From Capsulimonadaceae bacterium (GTDB taxonomy: Bacteria > Armatimonadota > Armatimonadia > Armatimonadales > Capsulimonadaceae), in NCBI GenBank assembly GCA_965215505.1, contig OZ244065.1, positions 864,001 through 928,000 of the forward strand: a stretch of DNA of 64,000 nt, written 5' to 3'. Position 1 is the first letter of the stretch; the number at the start of each line of letters is the position of its first letter. The position numbers were made by a program, and so were the translations under genes. The notes below the pieces were generated by a model that was given only the letters and a program-made list of their open reading frames with translations, was not told where the DNA came from and searched no databases. Below are positions 9,624 through 20,720 of the stretch, piece after piece.

Positions 9624-9652
9624 ATTATACTGCCGCCGGGGAGCGGCGTCAA
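9624..9652 (-). promoter_or_regulatory. sigma70-type promoter of rex
   Basis: TTGACG-17 bp-TATAAT on the minus strand. Confidence 0.8.
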
Positions 9653-9663
9653 GCCCCTGCCCA

Positions 9664-10722
9664 TCAGTCAGCCAGACCCTGCGGCGACCACCAGGGGTCG
9701 GTGAAGAGGGCGGCGACCTGGTCGTCGTCCGCCGGGGCCGTCCCGGCGGCGGGCAGCGCGCTCTGGGCCAGGTCGCCGACGAAGACCAACGTGCCGCCGC
9801 CGGTCGCGGGCGCGGTCGTCAGGGCACGGAGCGTGAAGGCCGTGGCGGAGGGGCTAGCGGCGGCCCCGGCCTGGGCCGCCCGCAGCGCGCCCCGCAGCAC
9901 CGACGGGCGGGTCAGGCCGCTGCCCGGCGGCAGGCTGATGGCGATGGTCATGCGGGCCGCGCGTGGGTCGAACTGGACATCGGCCACGGTGACGCCCGCC
10001 GCGCTCAGGTCACGGGAGCCACGCAGGGTGCCGAGGACCGCCTGCTCCGCCGCGTCCCGCAAGGCGCCGTCGGCCCCGGCAGGGTCGGCCAGCGCACGAA
10101 CCGGGGCGACCTCGACGGGGGCGGCCTGGACCTCCGGCGTCGTTCCGAAGCCTAAAGAGGCGAGCGCGGCCCGGCGGTGGACGGAGGCATAGGCGAACGC
10201 GATGACCAGGCACACGAGCAGGGCCGCCGCCAGCGCGCCCGCGCGCAGGGCGGCTTCGGGGTCCCGTGTCAGCCGCCCCCAAAGGCGGGCGGAAACCGCC
10301 GGTCCGGCGGCACGCTCGCCGCCCGGCACGGCCTCCACGGCGCGCTCCCGGTCGGCACGCCCGCCCGGCGTCTGCCGCTGGAGCAGGCGGTCCAGCTTCA
10401 GCCGGTCGGCGGGGCCGTCGGGGCTGGCGTCCAGCGCCATCCGATACCACTGGATCGCGTCGTCGAAGCGGCCCTGGTTCTCGTAGATGTCTCCGAGCAG
10501 GCTCTGGGCGGCGGAGCTGTCCGGGGCGAGGCGCAGGGCGGCCATGCACTGGCCCACCGCCTCCTCCCAGCGGCCCCGCATCCTCAGCAGGTTCGCCTGG
10601 GCCAGCAGGGCGTAGACCTCGCGCGGCAAGCCCCCCTCCTCGCGGGCGGGCAAGGCCGGGCCACTCCCAGTCGGCCTGTCACTCCTCCTGACGATGTCCG
10701 GTCGATCCGAAGCCATTCTCAC
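9664..10722 (-). CDS. TPR-containing membrane protein
   Basis: TPR motifs ([35 protein letters not shown]) and one central TM helix. Confidence 0.75.
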   Translation of the reverse strand: MRMASDRPDIVRRSDRPTGSGPALPAREEGGLPREVYALLAQANLLRMRGRWEEAVGQCMAALRLAPDSSAAQSLLGDIYENQGRFDDAIQWYRMALDASPDGPADRLKLDRLLQRQTPGGRADRERAVEAVPGGERAAGPAVSARLWGRLTRDPEAALRAGALAAALLVCLVIAFAYASVHRRAALASLGFGTTPEVQAAPVEVAPVRALADPAGADGALRDAAEQAVLGTLRGSRDLSAAGVTVADVQFDPRAARMTIAISLPPGSGLTRPSVLRGALRAAQAGAAASPSATAFTLRALTTAPATGGGTLVFVGDLAQSALPAAGTAPADDDQVAALFTDPWWSPQGLAD

Positions 10723-11146
10723 CTCTCGGCGTCGGCGGCAGGGTGCCGGACGCCGTTTCTTCCCATTCGACGCGCAGGACGGGCGCGACCACGAGCTGGG
10801 CGATGCGGTCCCCGCGCCCGATGCGGACCGGCTCCCGGCCCAGATTGATCAGCAGGACGCCGACCTCGCCCCGGTAATCGGAGTCAATGGTCCCCGGAGC
10901 GTTGACCATTCCAAGGCCGTGCCGGAGGGCCAGGCCGCTGCGCGGGCGCACCTGCGCCTCGCAGCCCCCCGGCAAAGCGATGCGGATGCCGGTCGGGATG
11001 AGGACGCGCTCGCCCGGTGCCAGGTGCAGATCCTCCGTGACGGCGGCGTGGAGGTCCATCCCCGCCGATCCGGCCGTCGCGTAGCGCGGCAGCGGCAGGT
11101 CTTCGGCCCCTGCATCGCGCACGATGGAGACGCGCACCGCGCTCAT
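10679..11146 (-). CDS. dut: dUTP diphosphatase
   Basis: [41 protein letters not shown]. Confidence 0.96.
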   Translation of the reverse strand: MSAVRVSIVRDAGAEDLPLPRYATAGSAGMDLHAAVTEDLHLAPGERVLIPTGIRIALPGGCEAQVRPRSGLALRHGLGMVNAPGTIDSDYRGEVGVLLINLGREPVRIGRGDRIAQLVVAPVLRVEWEETASGTLPPTPRGENGFGSTGHRQEE

Positions 11147-12927
11147 GAGGACGCCCGACGCACCGGCAGGACCACGAGGAAGGTCGTCCCCTTCCCCGGC
11201 TCACTCTCTTCCACAGACACCTTCCCCCCGTGCGCCTCGGCGAGCGCTTTGACCAGGGCCAGGCCGATGCCGGTCCCGCCGACCTCCCGGTTGTCGCGGT
11301 TATCCACCCGGTAAAATCGCTCGAAGACTTTGTGCTGATGCTCGCGCGAGATGCCCATGCCCTCATCGGAAACGCGCAGCGCGACCGAATGGACCGGGTC
11401 GCCCAGGACACGCCCGGAGACGCGCACGCTCCCGCCTTGCAGCGAGTATTTTATGGCGTTGTTGACCAGGTTGGTCAGGATCTGGTCCAGCTTGTCCGGG
11501 TCGGCCTCGACGAGCGGGAAATCCGGGGGGAAGTCCAGAAGTAGAGCGTGTTCCTTGGCATAGGAACGCTGGGCGGCGATGACCTTCTCCGCCAGGGCGG
11601 TCACGTCCACCGGCTTCCAGTTCATCTGCATCGCGCTCCCCTGCTCGATGCGCGAGATGTCCAGCAGGTCCTCGATCAGCCGCTTCAGCCGGTCGCACTC
11701 CGAGTTGATGATGCCGTAGAACTCGCGCCGGGTCGGCTCATCGTAGTAGCCTTCCTCGTCCGTCAGCAGGGTGGAGATGAAGCCCTTGATGCTGGTCAGC
11801 GGGGTCCGCAGCTCGTGCGAGACGGTGGAGATGAAGGCGGTCTTCATCTGCTCGACGCCGCGTATTTCGGTGATGTCGTTGAAGATCGCCACGATCCCCG
11901 CCGGTGCCCCGTCGTCGTCCCGCACCGTCGCGCATTGCACCTGGTAGATGCGCTCCTGGAACTGGTCCTCCGGGGCGGCATCGGGGACGGGGAAGGCGAC
12001 CTCGTCGGCCACCTCGGCGTGGCCGGAGGAGAGCGCGCGGGCCAGGATGGCGCGGACGCGCGGGTCCGTGATGGCCCGGTCGTAAGGGACGTCGATCAGC
12101 GGCAGGGAGGGCGCGATGCCCAAGATGGCGCGCGCCGACGGGTTGATCTGGAGCAGACGGCCGTTGTTTCCGACCATGAGCAGGCCCGCATATAAGCTGT
12201 CAATGGTGTGGAGCAGCTCCTGCTTTTCCTGCACGACCTCGCGGTACATCTGGGCGGAGGCGATGACGGCCGCGCCCTGCTTGGCGAGCTGTTCCAGTAG
12301 CCGGACGTCCTCCTCCGCGAAGACGCCGCCATATTTCTTGTTGAAGACGTGCAAGACGCCGACCGTGGTCCGGTCCACGACACGGTTGTCCTCATCGCGC
12401 TTCTCCACGATGAGCGGGACGGAAACGGCATTGCGGATGCCCAGCCGTGCCAGTCCCTCCGCCGCCGCGCGCGGGTCGAGCGCGGCATCGTAGGTGATCA
12501 GGGAGGAGTTGGCCCGGAAGACCTCGTTGGAGACTCCCTCCTCGGCCACGCCCCGCTCCATGGCCGTCAGCTCCTCGCGCGTCAGTCCCACGGCGGGGTG
12601 GGTGGCGTACAGGGTCGCGGCGCTGGTATCATGGAGCATGAACACGCACTTCTGGGCCTGGAGGATCTTGGCGATCTTGTCCACCAGCCGCTTGAGGATG
12701 TTTTCGAATTCGCCCGGCGCGGGCAGGGGCAGGGCGGAAGGAGTCAGGGGGGGGCCGGGCGGCTGAAGCGGGCCTTTCGTCTGGACCTCGTGGATGCGCT
12801 GCTCTAGGTCCAGGTTGGCCTTCTCCAGCCGCTCGATGTACAGCCGGCGGTCCTCATATACGGACGGCAGCGGGTCGTTCCCGCCGTTGTCTGCGGGGCC
12901 GGGCGGAGGGGGCGTGTTCTGCGACAT
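11143..12927 (-). CDS. Cytoplasmic GAF-PAS sensor histidine kinase
   Basis: [38 protein letters not shown] and PAS-like N-terminal region; no adjacent response regulator. Confidence 0.9.
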   Translation of the reverse strand: MSQNTPPPPGPADNGGNDPLPSVYEDRRLYIERLEKANLDLEQRIHEVQTKGPLQPPGPPLTPSALPLPAPGEFENILKRLVDKIAKILQAQKCVFMLHDTSAATLYATHPAVGLTREELTAMERGVAEEGVSNEVFRANSSLITYDAALDPRAAAEGLARLGIRNAVSVPLIVEKRDEDNRVVDRTTVGVLHVFNKKYGGVFAEEDVRLLEQLAKQGAAVIASAQMYREVVQEKQELLHTIDSLYAGLLMVGNNGRLLQINPSARAILGIAPSLPLIDVPYDRAITDPRVRAILARALSSGHAEVADEVAFPVPDAAPEDQFQERIYQVQCATVRDDDGAPAGIVAIFNDITEIRGVEQMKTAFISTVSHELRTPLTSIKGFISTLLTDEEGYYDEPTRREFYGIINSECDRLKRLIEDLLDISRIEQGSAMQMNWKPVDVTALAEKVIAAQRSYAKEHALLLDFPPDFPLVEADPDKLDQILTNLVNNAIKYSLQGGSVRVSGRVLGDPVHSVALRVSDEGMGISREHQHKVFERFYRVDNRDNREVGGTGIGLALVKALAEAHGGKVSVEESEPGKGTTFLVVLPVRRASS

Positions 12928-12949
12928 CGTGAGCGGCGTACCTCAAGGC

Positions 12950-12979
12950 ATTATAGCACACCGTTCGGAAGCGCGTCAA
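12950..12979 (-). promoter_or_regulatory. sigma70-type promoter of the kinase-dut-TPR genes
   Basis: TTGACG-18 bp-TATAAT with extended TG. Confidence 0.65.
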
Positions 12980-12998
12980 TCGCGCCCATGCAGGCACG

Positions 12999-13712
12999 TC
13001 ACGGCATGAGGAGCCGGCCGCAGTTCTCGCAGGTCTGCATCTGCGTCCCCTCCTTGACGGCCTTGATCGAGGTGGAGGACAGCGTCATGCGGCACCCGCC
13101 GCAGGAGTTGCCTTCGACGCGGGCGATGCCGATGCCGCCCTGTTTCGCCCGGAGGGCGTCATAGCGCTTCAGGGCGGCCTTGTCCTCGACGGCAGGCTCC
13201 GCCGCCAGCCGCTGCCGGGCGAGGTCGGCAAGCTCCAGCTCCAGCGCCTCGTGGCGGGACCGGAAGGCGGCGACCACCTCGGCCCGGTGTCCGTCCGCCT
13301 GCCGCGCCCGCTCGTCGGCAACGGTCAGGGCGGCCTGCGCCTGCTCGGCCCCGTCCATTAGCTCCAGGACTCGCCCGTCCAGGTCCGACTGCTGCCGCCC
13401 CAGCGCCTCGATCTCCTTCTCGATGTTCGCCAGCTCCTTCGGGTTGGTGACGGTGCCCTGGTAGAGTTTCCCCTGGTAATTCTTGCGCTTGGTCTCGACC
13501 GCCGCTAGTTTCAGCTCGCTGTCCTTCAGCTCGCCCGCCATCTTCTGCCACTCGCCGCGCCGCGCCTGCGCCTCGGCGTGAGCGGCGGCGGCGGCGGCGG
13601 CGGCAGCGGTGCCGTTGTCAAGGGCGGCCTGCACCCTTTTCGCCCTCTGGATCTGAGTATCTACGAGCTGCAAGGCGTATAGCGCGTTCAGCGTTTCGGG
13701 AACGGTTGGCAT
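12999..13712 (-). CDS. Coiled-coil C4 zinc-ribbon protein (DUF164-like)
   Basis: LYALQLVD start, long coiled coil, CGGC...CENCGRLL; start MPTVPE with SD GAGGAG. Confidence 0.85.
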   Translation of the reverse strand: MPTVPETLNALYALQLVDTQIQRAKRVQAALDNGTAAAAAAAAAHAEAQARRGEWQKMAGELKDSELKLAAVETKRKNYQGKLYQGTVTNPKELANIEKEIEALGRQQSDLDGRVLELMDGAEQAQAALTVADERARQADGHRAEVVAAFRSRHEALELELADLARQRLAAEPAVEDKAALKRYDALRAKQGGIGIARVEGNSCGGCRMTLSSTSIKAVKEGTQMQTCENCGRLLMP

Positions 13713-13808
13713 GGGAAAGGACTCCTCACGGGGACGCATCGCGATGACGGGGTGACGCCTGATTCTAGCAGAAACGGGCGGCCCTGTCAAATCAGGTACA
13801 ATAAAGGC

Positions 13809-15197
13809 ATGGCGAAAGCGCAAACACGATTTGTCTGTCGGCAGTGCGGCCACGAAAGCCCCAAGTGGCTCGGCAAGTGCCCCTCCTGCGACGAATGGGG
13901 GACACTGGAGGAGACGGTCACGGCCGCGACGCCCAAGTCATTGACCGCCCGCACCTCGCTCCCGACGTCCTTCATCGGGAAGAGCAAGCCGCAGCGCCTC
14001 AGCGACGTCCCCTCCCCGAGCGAGGAGGGACGCATCCTGAGCGGCATGGGCGAGTTCGACCGCGTCCTGGGCGGCGGCATCGTGCGCGGCGCGCTGACCC
14101 TCATCGGCGGCGATCCGGGCGTGGGCAAGTCAACGCTGCTCACTCAGGTCGCGGGCCAGCTCACGAATCGGGGGGGAAAGACCCTTTACGTCTCCGGCGA
14201 GGAGTCGGCGACGCAGATCAAGCTGCGGGCGGAGCGGCTGGGCATCACCGGCGGGGACCTGCTGCTGCACAATGAGACGGACGTGACCCAGATCGCGGCG
14301 ACGATCCAGGCCGAGCGGCCACTGTTCGTCATCATTGACAGCATCCAGACGATGCACCACCCCGAAATCGAGTCGGCGGCGGGCAGCGTCTCGCAGGTGC
14401 GCGCCGCCACCGCCCAACTCGCCCAGGTGGCGAAGGGCGAAGGAATTCCCATCTTCCTGGTCGGGCACGTCACTAAGGACGGCGCGCTTGCCGGGCCGCG
14501 CGTCCTGGAACACATGGTGGATACGGTGCTGACCTTCGAGGGCGACCGGCACTACACCTACCGCATCCTGCGGGCGGTGAAAAACCGTTTCGGCTCGACC
14601 GACGAGCTGGGGCTTTTCGAGATGCACGAGGAGGGGCTGGTCGAGGTCCCCAACCCCTCGGAGATGCTGCTGGCCGAGCGGACCCAGAACAGCGCCGGCT
14701 CGGCCGTGCTGGCGACGGTAGAAGGGACGCGGCCCCTGCTGATCGAGGTGCAGGCGCTGGTCGCCCCCTCCTATCTTTCCAACCCGCGCCGGACCGTTTC
14801 GGGCGTTGACGTTAACCGCGTCAATCTCATTCTCGCCGTGCTGGAGAAGCGCGTCGGGATCAGCCTCGCGAACCAGGACGTGTTTGTCAACCTTGCCGGG
14901 GGCGTGCGCGTGGAGGAGCCGGCCGCCGACCTCGCGGTCGCCGTGGCCGCCGCCTCCAATTTCCAGGAGCGGCCCGTGGACTCGACCACGATCTTCGCCG
15001 GGGAGGTCGGGCTGGGCGGCGAGGTGCGCGCGGTCGGCCACATGGACCTGCGGCTGCGCGAGGCCGCCCGCATGGGCTTCCGCCAGGCCATCATCTGCGC
15101 GCGCAACGCGGCGGGGCTGCGCCGGACGCCCGACATCAAGGTAATCGGCGTGGACACCGTCCGCCAGGCGCTGGAAGTCGCCTTGACCCGCCCATGA
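13809..15197 (+). CDS. radA: DNA repair protein RadA/Sms
   Basis: CRQCG...GKCPSC zinc finger, GDPGVGKST, KNRFG motif. Confidence 0.96.
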   Translation: MAKAQTRFVCRQCGHESPKWLGKCPSCDEWGTLEETVTAATPKSLTARTSLPTSFIGKSKPQRLSDVPSPSEEGRILSGMGEFDRVLGGGIVRGALTLIGGDPGVGKSTLLTQVAGQLTNRGGKTLYVSGEESATQIKLRAERLGITGGDLLLHNETDVTQIAATIQAERPLFVIIDSIQTMHHPEIESAAGSVSQVRAATAQLAQVAKGEGIPIFLVGHVTKDGALAGPRVLEHMVDTVLTFEGDRHYTYRILRAVKNRFGSTDELGLFEMHEEGLVEVPNPSEMLLAERTQNSAGSAVLATVEGTRPLLIEVQALVAPSYLSNPRRTVSGVDVNRVNLILAVLEKRVGISLANQDVFVNLAGGVRVEEPAADLAVAVAAASNFQERPVDSTTIFAGEVGLGGEVRAVGHMDLRLREAARMGFRQAIICARNAAGLRRTPDIKVIGVDTVRQALEVALTRP

Positions 15198-17152
15198 GGC
15201 GGCTCTGCCTGTCCCTCGGCCTGCTCTTCGGCCTGCTGCTGGGGTCGTCAGCCCACGCGCGGCAGCCGCCCCTCGTCGTCGTCGTGCTGCCGGGAACAAG
15301 CCTGCGCGGCTGGCAGGACGCCGACGCGCCGTACCTGCACCGGCTCATGGCTTCGGGCGCGCTGGCCGTGATGAACACGCGGACGGCCCGCCTGCCGAAC
15401 GACCACACGCGCGAGACCCCCGAAAGCGCCGCCCTGACGCTGGGCGCGGGGGCGCGGGCGGCGGGCGGCCCGGAAGCGGAGGAGTTCCTTGCGCCGTCGG
15501 CGCTGACCGACGTCGGGATTCCTGCCGGCGAATTGTACACGCGCCGCTTCGGGCATGTGCCGCCGCTGAACCGATCCGTCAACAACTCCTGGCCCGCCCT
15601 GACTCGCGCCAATGAAGGGCTGGGCTATCGCCTCCGGCTCGGCAGTCTCGCCGACGCCCTGACGGCCAAAAGGGTGACGATCTCGGCGGGGGGCGGCCCA
15701 TCCGCAGACTGCGTCGCAGCCGCGAGTGACGGCACGGTCAATAAGTCTGAAACCCTGACGGCGGCGGACGGGCAGTGCGTGGTCTGGGACGCCGGGCCGG
15801 ACATCGCCGCCGCCGACGGCCTCCTCGGGAGGGCGGCGGCCCAGGTCGCCCGCCTGCATGGCCGCCTCCTCGTCCTGTCCCCTTTCGCCGGTGATGTGGG
15901 CTACGCGCGGGGGGAGCGGCTGACGCCCATTCTGGAGTGGGGCGAGGGCGTCCCGACGGGGCTGCTGCGCTCGCCGTCCACGCGCCGGGCCGGGCTTGTC
16001 GTCAACACCGATTTCGCGCCGACCCTCGCCGCGTACTACGGCATCCGCCGGGAGGACTTCACGGTCCGCCCGTTCGGGGAGGTCTGGACCGTGACCGCCG
16101 CGCCCGACGCCGAGCGGCAGGTGAGCGCACTGGACGGGCAGGCGGTGCGGCAGGCCGGGGGCATGAAGGTCCTGCCCTACCTGGCGGTCGCGCTGGCCCT
16201 CTGGATGATCGGCGGGACGGCGCTTGCCTTGTGGAGCCGACTGCCTCCCTGGTGGCCTATCGTTCCCCCGGCCCTACTGGTCGCACTCGTCTTCAGCACG
16301 TCGCTCCAATCGCTCGCCCTCTGGTTCGGCGTCCTCCTGGCAGCGTCCTTCGTCCTGGCACATTGGGTCGGACTTCGACCGGCCCTCCTGCTGCTGCTGG
16401 TCGTCCTGGCTGCGGCCCTGGCTGGGGACATGCTGACCGGCAGCCGATTGATGCAGCGTGGGCTGCTCGGCTACTCTGCCATCGAGGGGGCGCGCTACTA
16501 CGGCATTGGCAATGAGGCGATGGGGGCGCTTCTGGGGGCGCTCCTCGTGGTCGCGGCCCGCCTGTGGCGGCCCTTCGGACGCTGGCGCGGTCTGCTCCTG
16601 CTTCTGCTCGGAATCGTGTCCTTGCTGCTCGGGTCGGCGGGCGCGAAGGCGGGCGGCCTGCTTGTCTCGCTGGCCGCATTCGGGACTCTAGGCTTTGGCC
16701 TGCGGGGCAGGCGGTGGACGGCGCGGGCGGTCCTGCTCCTTGGGGCCGGTGCGGTCACGGTGCTGGCGCTTGCCGCCCTGGCCGACGCGGCCGGACAGGC
16801 CGGGGCGCACTCGCACATGGGGGAGGCCGTCCGGCGCATCGGGGCCGGGGGCTGGTCCGAGGCCGGGGACATCGTGGCGCGGAAGCTCGCAGTGGACGGG
16901 CGGCTTGCGGTCCACAGTGCCTGGGCTTTGCCGCTCTGGGGCGGGCTGCTCTGTCTCGCGCTGACATGGCGCAGGGCAGCCGCGGGGACGACGGAGGGGC
17001 GGGCGCTCCGAGCCGCCGGGATGGTCGGCGTCGCCGCCTGCGTGGCACTTAACGATGCGGGGGTCGTCGCCGGGGCGCTCTGCCTCATCCCGCTCTGGTG
17101 CGACAGCGTCGCGCACCTGACAAACAGAAAGCCCCTGCGAACACGGGTGTGA
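15194..17152 (+). CDS. Hypothetical polytopic membrane protein with phosphatase-like extracellular domain
   Basis: Signal peptide, RRAGLVVNTDFAPT, GARYYGIGNE, many TM helices; ATGA-coupled to radA. Confidence 0.7.
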   Translation: MRRLCLSLGLLFGLLLGSSAHARQPPLVVVVLPGTSLRGWQDADAPYLHRLMASGALAVMNTRTARLPNDHTRETPESAALTLGAGARAAGGPEAEEFLAPSALTDVGIPAGELYTRRFGHVPPLNRSVNNSWPALTRANEGLGYRLRLGSLADALTAKRVTISAGGGPSADCVAAASDGTVNKSETLTAADGQCVVWDAGPDIAAADGLLGRAAAQVARLHGRLLVLSPFAGDVGYARGERLTPILEWGEGVPTGLLRSPSTRRAGLVVNTDFAPTLAAYYGIRREDFTVRPFGEVWTVTAAPDAERQVSALDGQAVRQAGGMKVLPYLAVALALWMIGGTALALWSRLPPWWPIVPPALLVALVFSTSLQSLALWFGVLLAASFVLAHWVGLRPALLLLLVVLAAALAGDMLTGSRLMQRGLLGYSAIEGARYYGIGNEAMGALLGALLVVAARLWRPFGRWRGLLLLLLGIVSLLLGSAGAKAGGLLVSLAAFGTLGFGLRGRRWTARAVLLLGAGAVTVLALAALADAAGQAGAHSHMGEAVRRIGAGGWSEAGDIVARKLAVDGRLAVHSAWALPLWGGLLCLALTWRRAAAGTTEGRALRAAGMVGVAACVALNDAGVVAGALCLIPLWCDSVAHLTNRKPLRTRV

Positions 17153-17162
17153 TCGCAGGGGC
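17131..17162. terminator. Hairpin between convergent genes
   Basis: GCCCCTGCGA...TCGCAGGGGC inverted repeat. Confidence 0.6.
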
Positions 17163-17175
17163 CTGAGAGCGCCGA

Positions 17176-18450
17176 CTACTGAGCAGGCGCGGGAGCCGGC
17201 GTCGCGGGCGTGGCCGGTGCGGCGGGCGTCGTGGTGTCGGTCCCCGCAGCGGGGGTGGTCGCGTCCATCGGCGGCATCAGCACCCGGTTGATGATGTGGA
17301 TGACGCCGTTGCTGGCCTGGATGTCAGCTTTGGTGACGGTGGCGTCGTTGACCTGCAAGCGGCCGCGGCGGCCCTTCGTGACCTGGAGCGTCGCGCCTTC
17401 CACGGTGGGAGGCGAGGTCGGGCTGGTCATCGCCATGGCGTCGGCCGCCATGACCTTGGCCGGGATGACGTGGTAGGTCAGGACCATCTTCAGCTTGGCG
17501 GGGTCAGCCATCAGGGCGTCGAGCGCGCCGGCGGGCAGGCGGGAGAACGCCTGGTCGGTCGGGGCGAAGACGGTGAACGGGCCGGCACCCTTCAGGGTGT
17601 CAACCAGCCCGGCCTGCTGCAAGGCCTTGACCAATGTCGTCAGGTTCTTAGCCGCCATGGCGGTGTCCACGATGTCGAGCGTCGCCGGGGCGGCGTCCGC
17701 GCCGCCGCTCGTCGGGGCCGGGGCAGGCGTCGGGGCGGGAGCGGGCATGGGCATCGGGGCCGAAGACATCGGCATGGTGCCCGAGTCCGCGCTTGCCATC
17801 ATGCCGCCGCCCATGCCATTCTTGGTGCCGATAGATTCATAGGTGGAGATGTAGTCGGCGATCTGCTGCTTCTCTTTATCGTTGCTGTAGACGTCGGCCA
17901 GCTTCAGGTTGTACTCACCCGCCAGCGAGGCGAAAGTCTGACCGCGCTCGACCGCGCGGGCCACGATGCCGAACGGCGTGAAGCCCTCTTCGGCGATCTT
18001 GGCGACCGTCGCGATCTGGCTGTCCGACAGGCCGCGAGCCTTCGCCTGCTTCAAGTCGATGTAGTCATAGGTCGGGTTGCTCAGGATGGAGTAGTCCATC
18101 GTGCCGCTGGACATCGAGCTGCCGGACATGGACCCACTGGCCGTCGAGCCGCCGCTCATGCCGGCGCTCATGCCGGTAGACGTCGAGCCGCCGCTCATAC
18201 TGCCGGAGCCGCTTCCCGTCTGGGTCGCGCTCGGGGCGCTGCCGCCGACGCCGGTGCCTGGGGCGCCGGAGGTTCCGGGAGGAGTCACCGCGCCGGTCGC
18301 GGAACTGTCGGGGACGGTCGTCGTCGTGCCGGGGCTGGTCGTCGGGTTGGCGTTCGTGTTCTGGGCATGGACGCCGGCCGTGGAGGCCGCGAGCATGGCG
18401 GCGACCGCACCGGCGATGGCCCAAGTCTGGGTTGTCTTTCGGGTCTGCAT
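17176..18450 (-). CDS. Secreted fasciclin (FAS1) domain protein
   Basis: Signal peptide; Ser/Gly/Thr/Met-rich linkers; GPFTVFAPTDQAF, LTYHVIP, ASNGVIHIINRVL; SD AAGGAG before MQTRKT. Confidence 0.88.
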   Translation of the reverse strand: MQTRKTTQTWAIAGAVAAMLAASTAGVHAQNTNANPTTSPGTTTTVPDSSATGAVTPPGTSGAPGTGVGGSAPSATQTGSGSGSMSGGSTSTGMSAGMSGGSTASGSMSGSSMSSGTMDYSILSNPTYDYIDLKQAKARGLSDSQIATVAKIAEEGFTPFGIVARAVERGQTFASLAGEYNLKLADVYSNDKEKQQIADYISTYESIGTKNGMGGGMMASADSGTMPMSSAPMPMPAPAPTPAPAPTSGGADAAPATLDIVDTAMAAKNLTTLVKALQQAGLVDTLKGAGPFTVFAPTDQAFSRLPAGALDALMADPAKLKMVLTYHVIPAKVMAADAMAMTSPTSPPTVEGATLQVTKGRRGRLQVNDATVTKADIQASNGVIHIINRVLMPPMDATTPAAGTDTTTPAAPATPATPAPAPAQ

Positions 18451-18652
18451 AGTAGGAAATGCTCCTTTTCTCGGGATGGTCTTCAGAATGTTCACGGGCT
18501 GAACCGACTCCCACCCGCTCTACCGATGTGCGGTCAAGGGGAACTGCGGGGCTTGCGGGGCGTCGGTGCCGTCCGCTACCTTATACCTCAGACCCTCGCG
18601 CCTCAAACCCGGCGTCTGCTCCGTAACCGAATATTTATCAGCAAGGAAACTC

Positions 18653-20653
18653 ATGCCAACGCGCCCCTATTTATCGCGCTACTTCGGCGAGCAGGGCATC
18701 CTGAAGCGCGCCCTGCCCGGCTTCGCCGTCCGGGCACAGCAGCAGACCGTCGCGTCCGCCATTGACGCCGCCCTGGCGGCGCGTGGCGGCGTTGCGCTGA
18801 TCGAGGCCGGGACGGGGGTCGGCAAGACTCTGGCCTACCTGATCCCCGCCTTGCAGCGCGCCAAGCCCGACTGCCGCATCGTGATCTCGACGCACACCCT
18901 GGCCCTGCAAGCGCAACTCGCCGAGAAGGACGTGCCCCTGGTGCAGTCGGTCTGGCCTTCGCCCGTGGAGGCCGCCGTGGTGAAGGGGCGCGGGAACTAC
19001 CTCTGTCTCCAGGACATGGACGCCGCCCGGTCCGACCTGTGGACGGCGGGGGACCCCGAGTTCGCCCGGATCGCCGCCTGGAGCGGGATTTCGGAGCGCG
19101 GGGACGTGGCCGAGCTGGACTTCACTTACCCCGGCTGGGCGGACATCCGGGCGAACGCCGACACCTGCAAGAAGCAGGAGTGCCGCTTCTTCGACCGCTG
19201 CTTCTACTACCGGATGCGGCGCGAGGCGCAGGAGGCGCGCATCCTGCTGGTCAATCATGCGCTCTTTTTCAGCGACCTGGCCGTCCGGCGCAGCGGCGAG
19301 CCGGACGCGAAGCTCCTGCCGGACTACGACTTCGTGGTCTTCGACGAGGCGCACCACTTGGAGACGGCGGCGGCGGCGGCCTTCGGCGTCGCCTTCTCGT
19401 CGTCCCGCCTGCCGGTCCTGGTGGACAAGCTGCGCCGCGTCGCCCGGCAGCTCGACATGAACATGGACCGGCTGAAGGCGGTCGAGTCCCAGTCCCAGTC
19501 GCTCTTCGAGCCGTTCCTGCGCGGCGGGCGGCCCGAGTTCTTCGTCGCCGACATCCTGCGGGGCGAGGCCGCGCTGGACGCCGCCCGGTTCCAGACGGCG
19601 GCCGTCAGCCTGCTGCTGGACGGCGTCGCGCTGGAACTCCTCAAGCAGGACTCGGGGGGCCATCCCGCCCTGAAGGACCGCATTGACGGCCTGCGCCGGC
19701 AGTGCGTCCGGGCCAAGGAGGAGCTGACGCTGGCCTTCGGCGGCGACGACACGAACTTCGTCCGCTGGGGTTCACTCGGGCGGGCGGGCCGGCGCGGGCC
19801 GACGGCGACGGTCCACTGGACTCCGATCTCCGTCGCCCCGATCTTGCAGGCAGCCTTGTGGAAAGAGCCGCGCACGGTCGGCGCGGCCCTGGTTTCGGCG
19901 ACGCTCTCCACCGACGGCGGCTTCGGCTACGTCCGCAAGCGGCTGGGCATCCCCGAGGCGGACCCGCGCGTCACCGAAACCGTCGTCGGTTCGCCCTTCG
20001 ACTACGCCCGGCGCTGCCTGCTGTACGTCCCCCGGCACCTGCCGGTGCCCTCGGACGATCCGGGCTACGCCTACGACTCGGCGAACGAGATGCTGGCTCT
20101 GCTGGAAGCCTCGCGCGGCGGGGCCTTCCTGCTGTTCACCTCGTACCGCGCCCTGAACGCCGCTTACGAACACCTGACGCAGTCCGACCTCCCCTACCCG
20201 CTCCTGCGCCAGGGGGAGATGCCGAACGGCAAGCTTGTCCAGACCTTCAAGGCCGAGAAGAACGCCGTCCTTTTCGGCACGCAGTCCTTCTGGGAGGGGG
20301 TGGACGTGCCCGGCGCGGACCTGCGGCTGGTCATCATTGACCGGCTCCCCTTCGCCGTGCCGGACAGCCCCCTGCACAAAGCCCGCGTAGACGAGATCAC
20401 GGCCCAGGGCGGGGACTGGTTCGGCGACTTCGCCTTGCCGCAGGCGCAGCTCCGGCTCAAGCAGGGCTTCGGCCGGCTGATCCGCACGAGTGAGGACCGG
20501 GGCGTCGTCGCCATCCTGGACACGCGGCTGGTCCGCAAGGCGTATGGCGAGCGGTTCCTGCGCTTCCTGCCGCCCGCCCGTCGCGTCTTCGACATCGCCG
20601 AGGTAGAAGCGTTCTTCAACGAGGAGGATTCCGAAGGCCCGCCCGCGAACTAA
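18653..20653 (+). CDS. ATP-dependent DNA helicase, DinG/YoaA family
   Basis: EAGTGVGKT, KGRGNYLC, Fe-S cysteines CKKQECRFFDRC, DEAHHL, FWEGVD, QGFGRLIR. Confidence 0.92.
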   Translation: MPTRPYLSRYFGEQGILKRALPGFAVRAQQQTVASAIDAALAARGGVALIEAGTGVGKTLAYLIPALQRAKPDCRIVISTHTLALQAQLAEKDVPLVQSVWPSPVEAAVVKGRGNYLCLQDMDAARSDLWTAGDPEFARIAAWSGISERGDVAELDFTYPGWADIRANADTCKKQECRFFDRCFYYRMRREAQEARILLVNHALFFSDLAVRRSGEPDAKLLPDYDFVVFDEAHHLETAAAAAFGVAFSSSRLPVLVDKLRRVARQLDMNMDRLKAVESQSQSLFEPFLRGGRPEFFVADILRGEAALDAARFQTAAVSLLLDGVALELLKQDSGGHPALKDRIDGLRRQCVRAKEELTLAFGGDDTNFVRWGSLGRAGRRGPTATVHWTPISVAPILQAALWKEPRTVGAALVSATLSTDGGFGYVRKRLGIPEADPRVTETVVGSPFDYARRCLLYVPRHLPVPSDDPGYAYDSANEMLALLEASRGGAFLLFTSYRALNAAYEHLTQSDLPYPLLRQGEMPNGKLVQTFKAEKNAVLFGTQSFWEGVDVPGADLRLVIIDRLPFAVPDSPLHKARVDEITAQGGDWFGDFALPQAQLRLKQGFGRLIRTSEDRGVVAILDTRLVRKAYGERFLRFLPPARRVFDIAEVEAFFNEEDSEGPPAN

Positions 20654-20720
20654 AAGCTAAGGCCCCGCATTAGTACGGGTAAGCCGAACGAATTGAAGAC
20701 CAAAGAAGGAGTCACCCCCG

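Noticed and set aside
18100..18350. Short repeats such as GCCGCCGCTCAT in the fasciclin gene
   Set aside because: Explained by the Ser/Gly/Met low-complexity protein linker.
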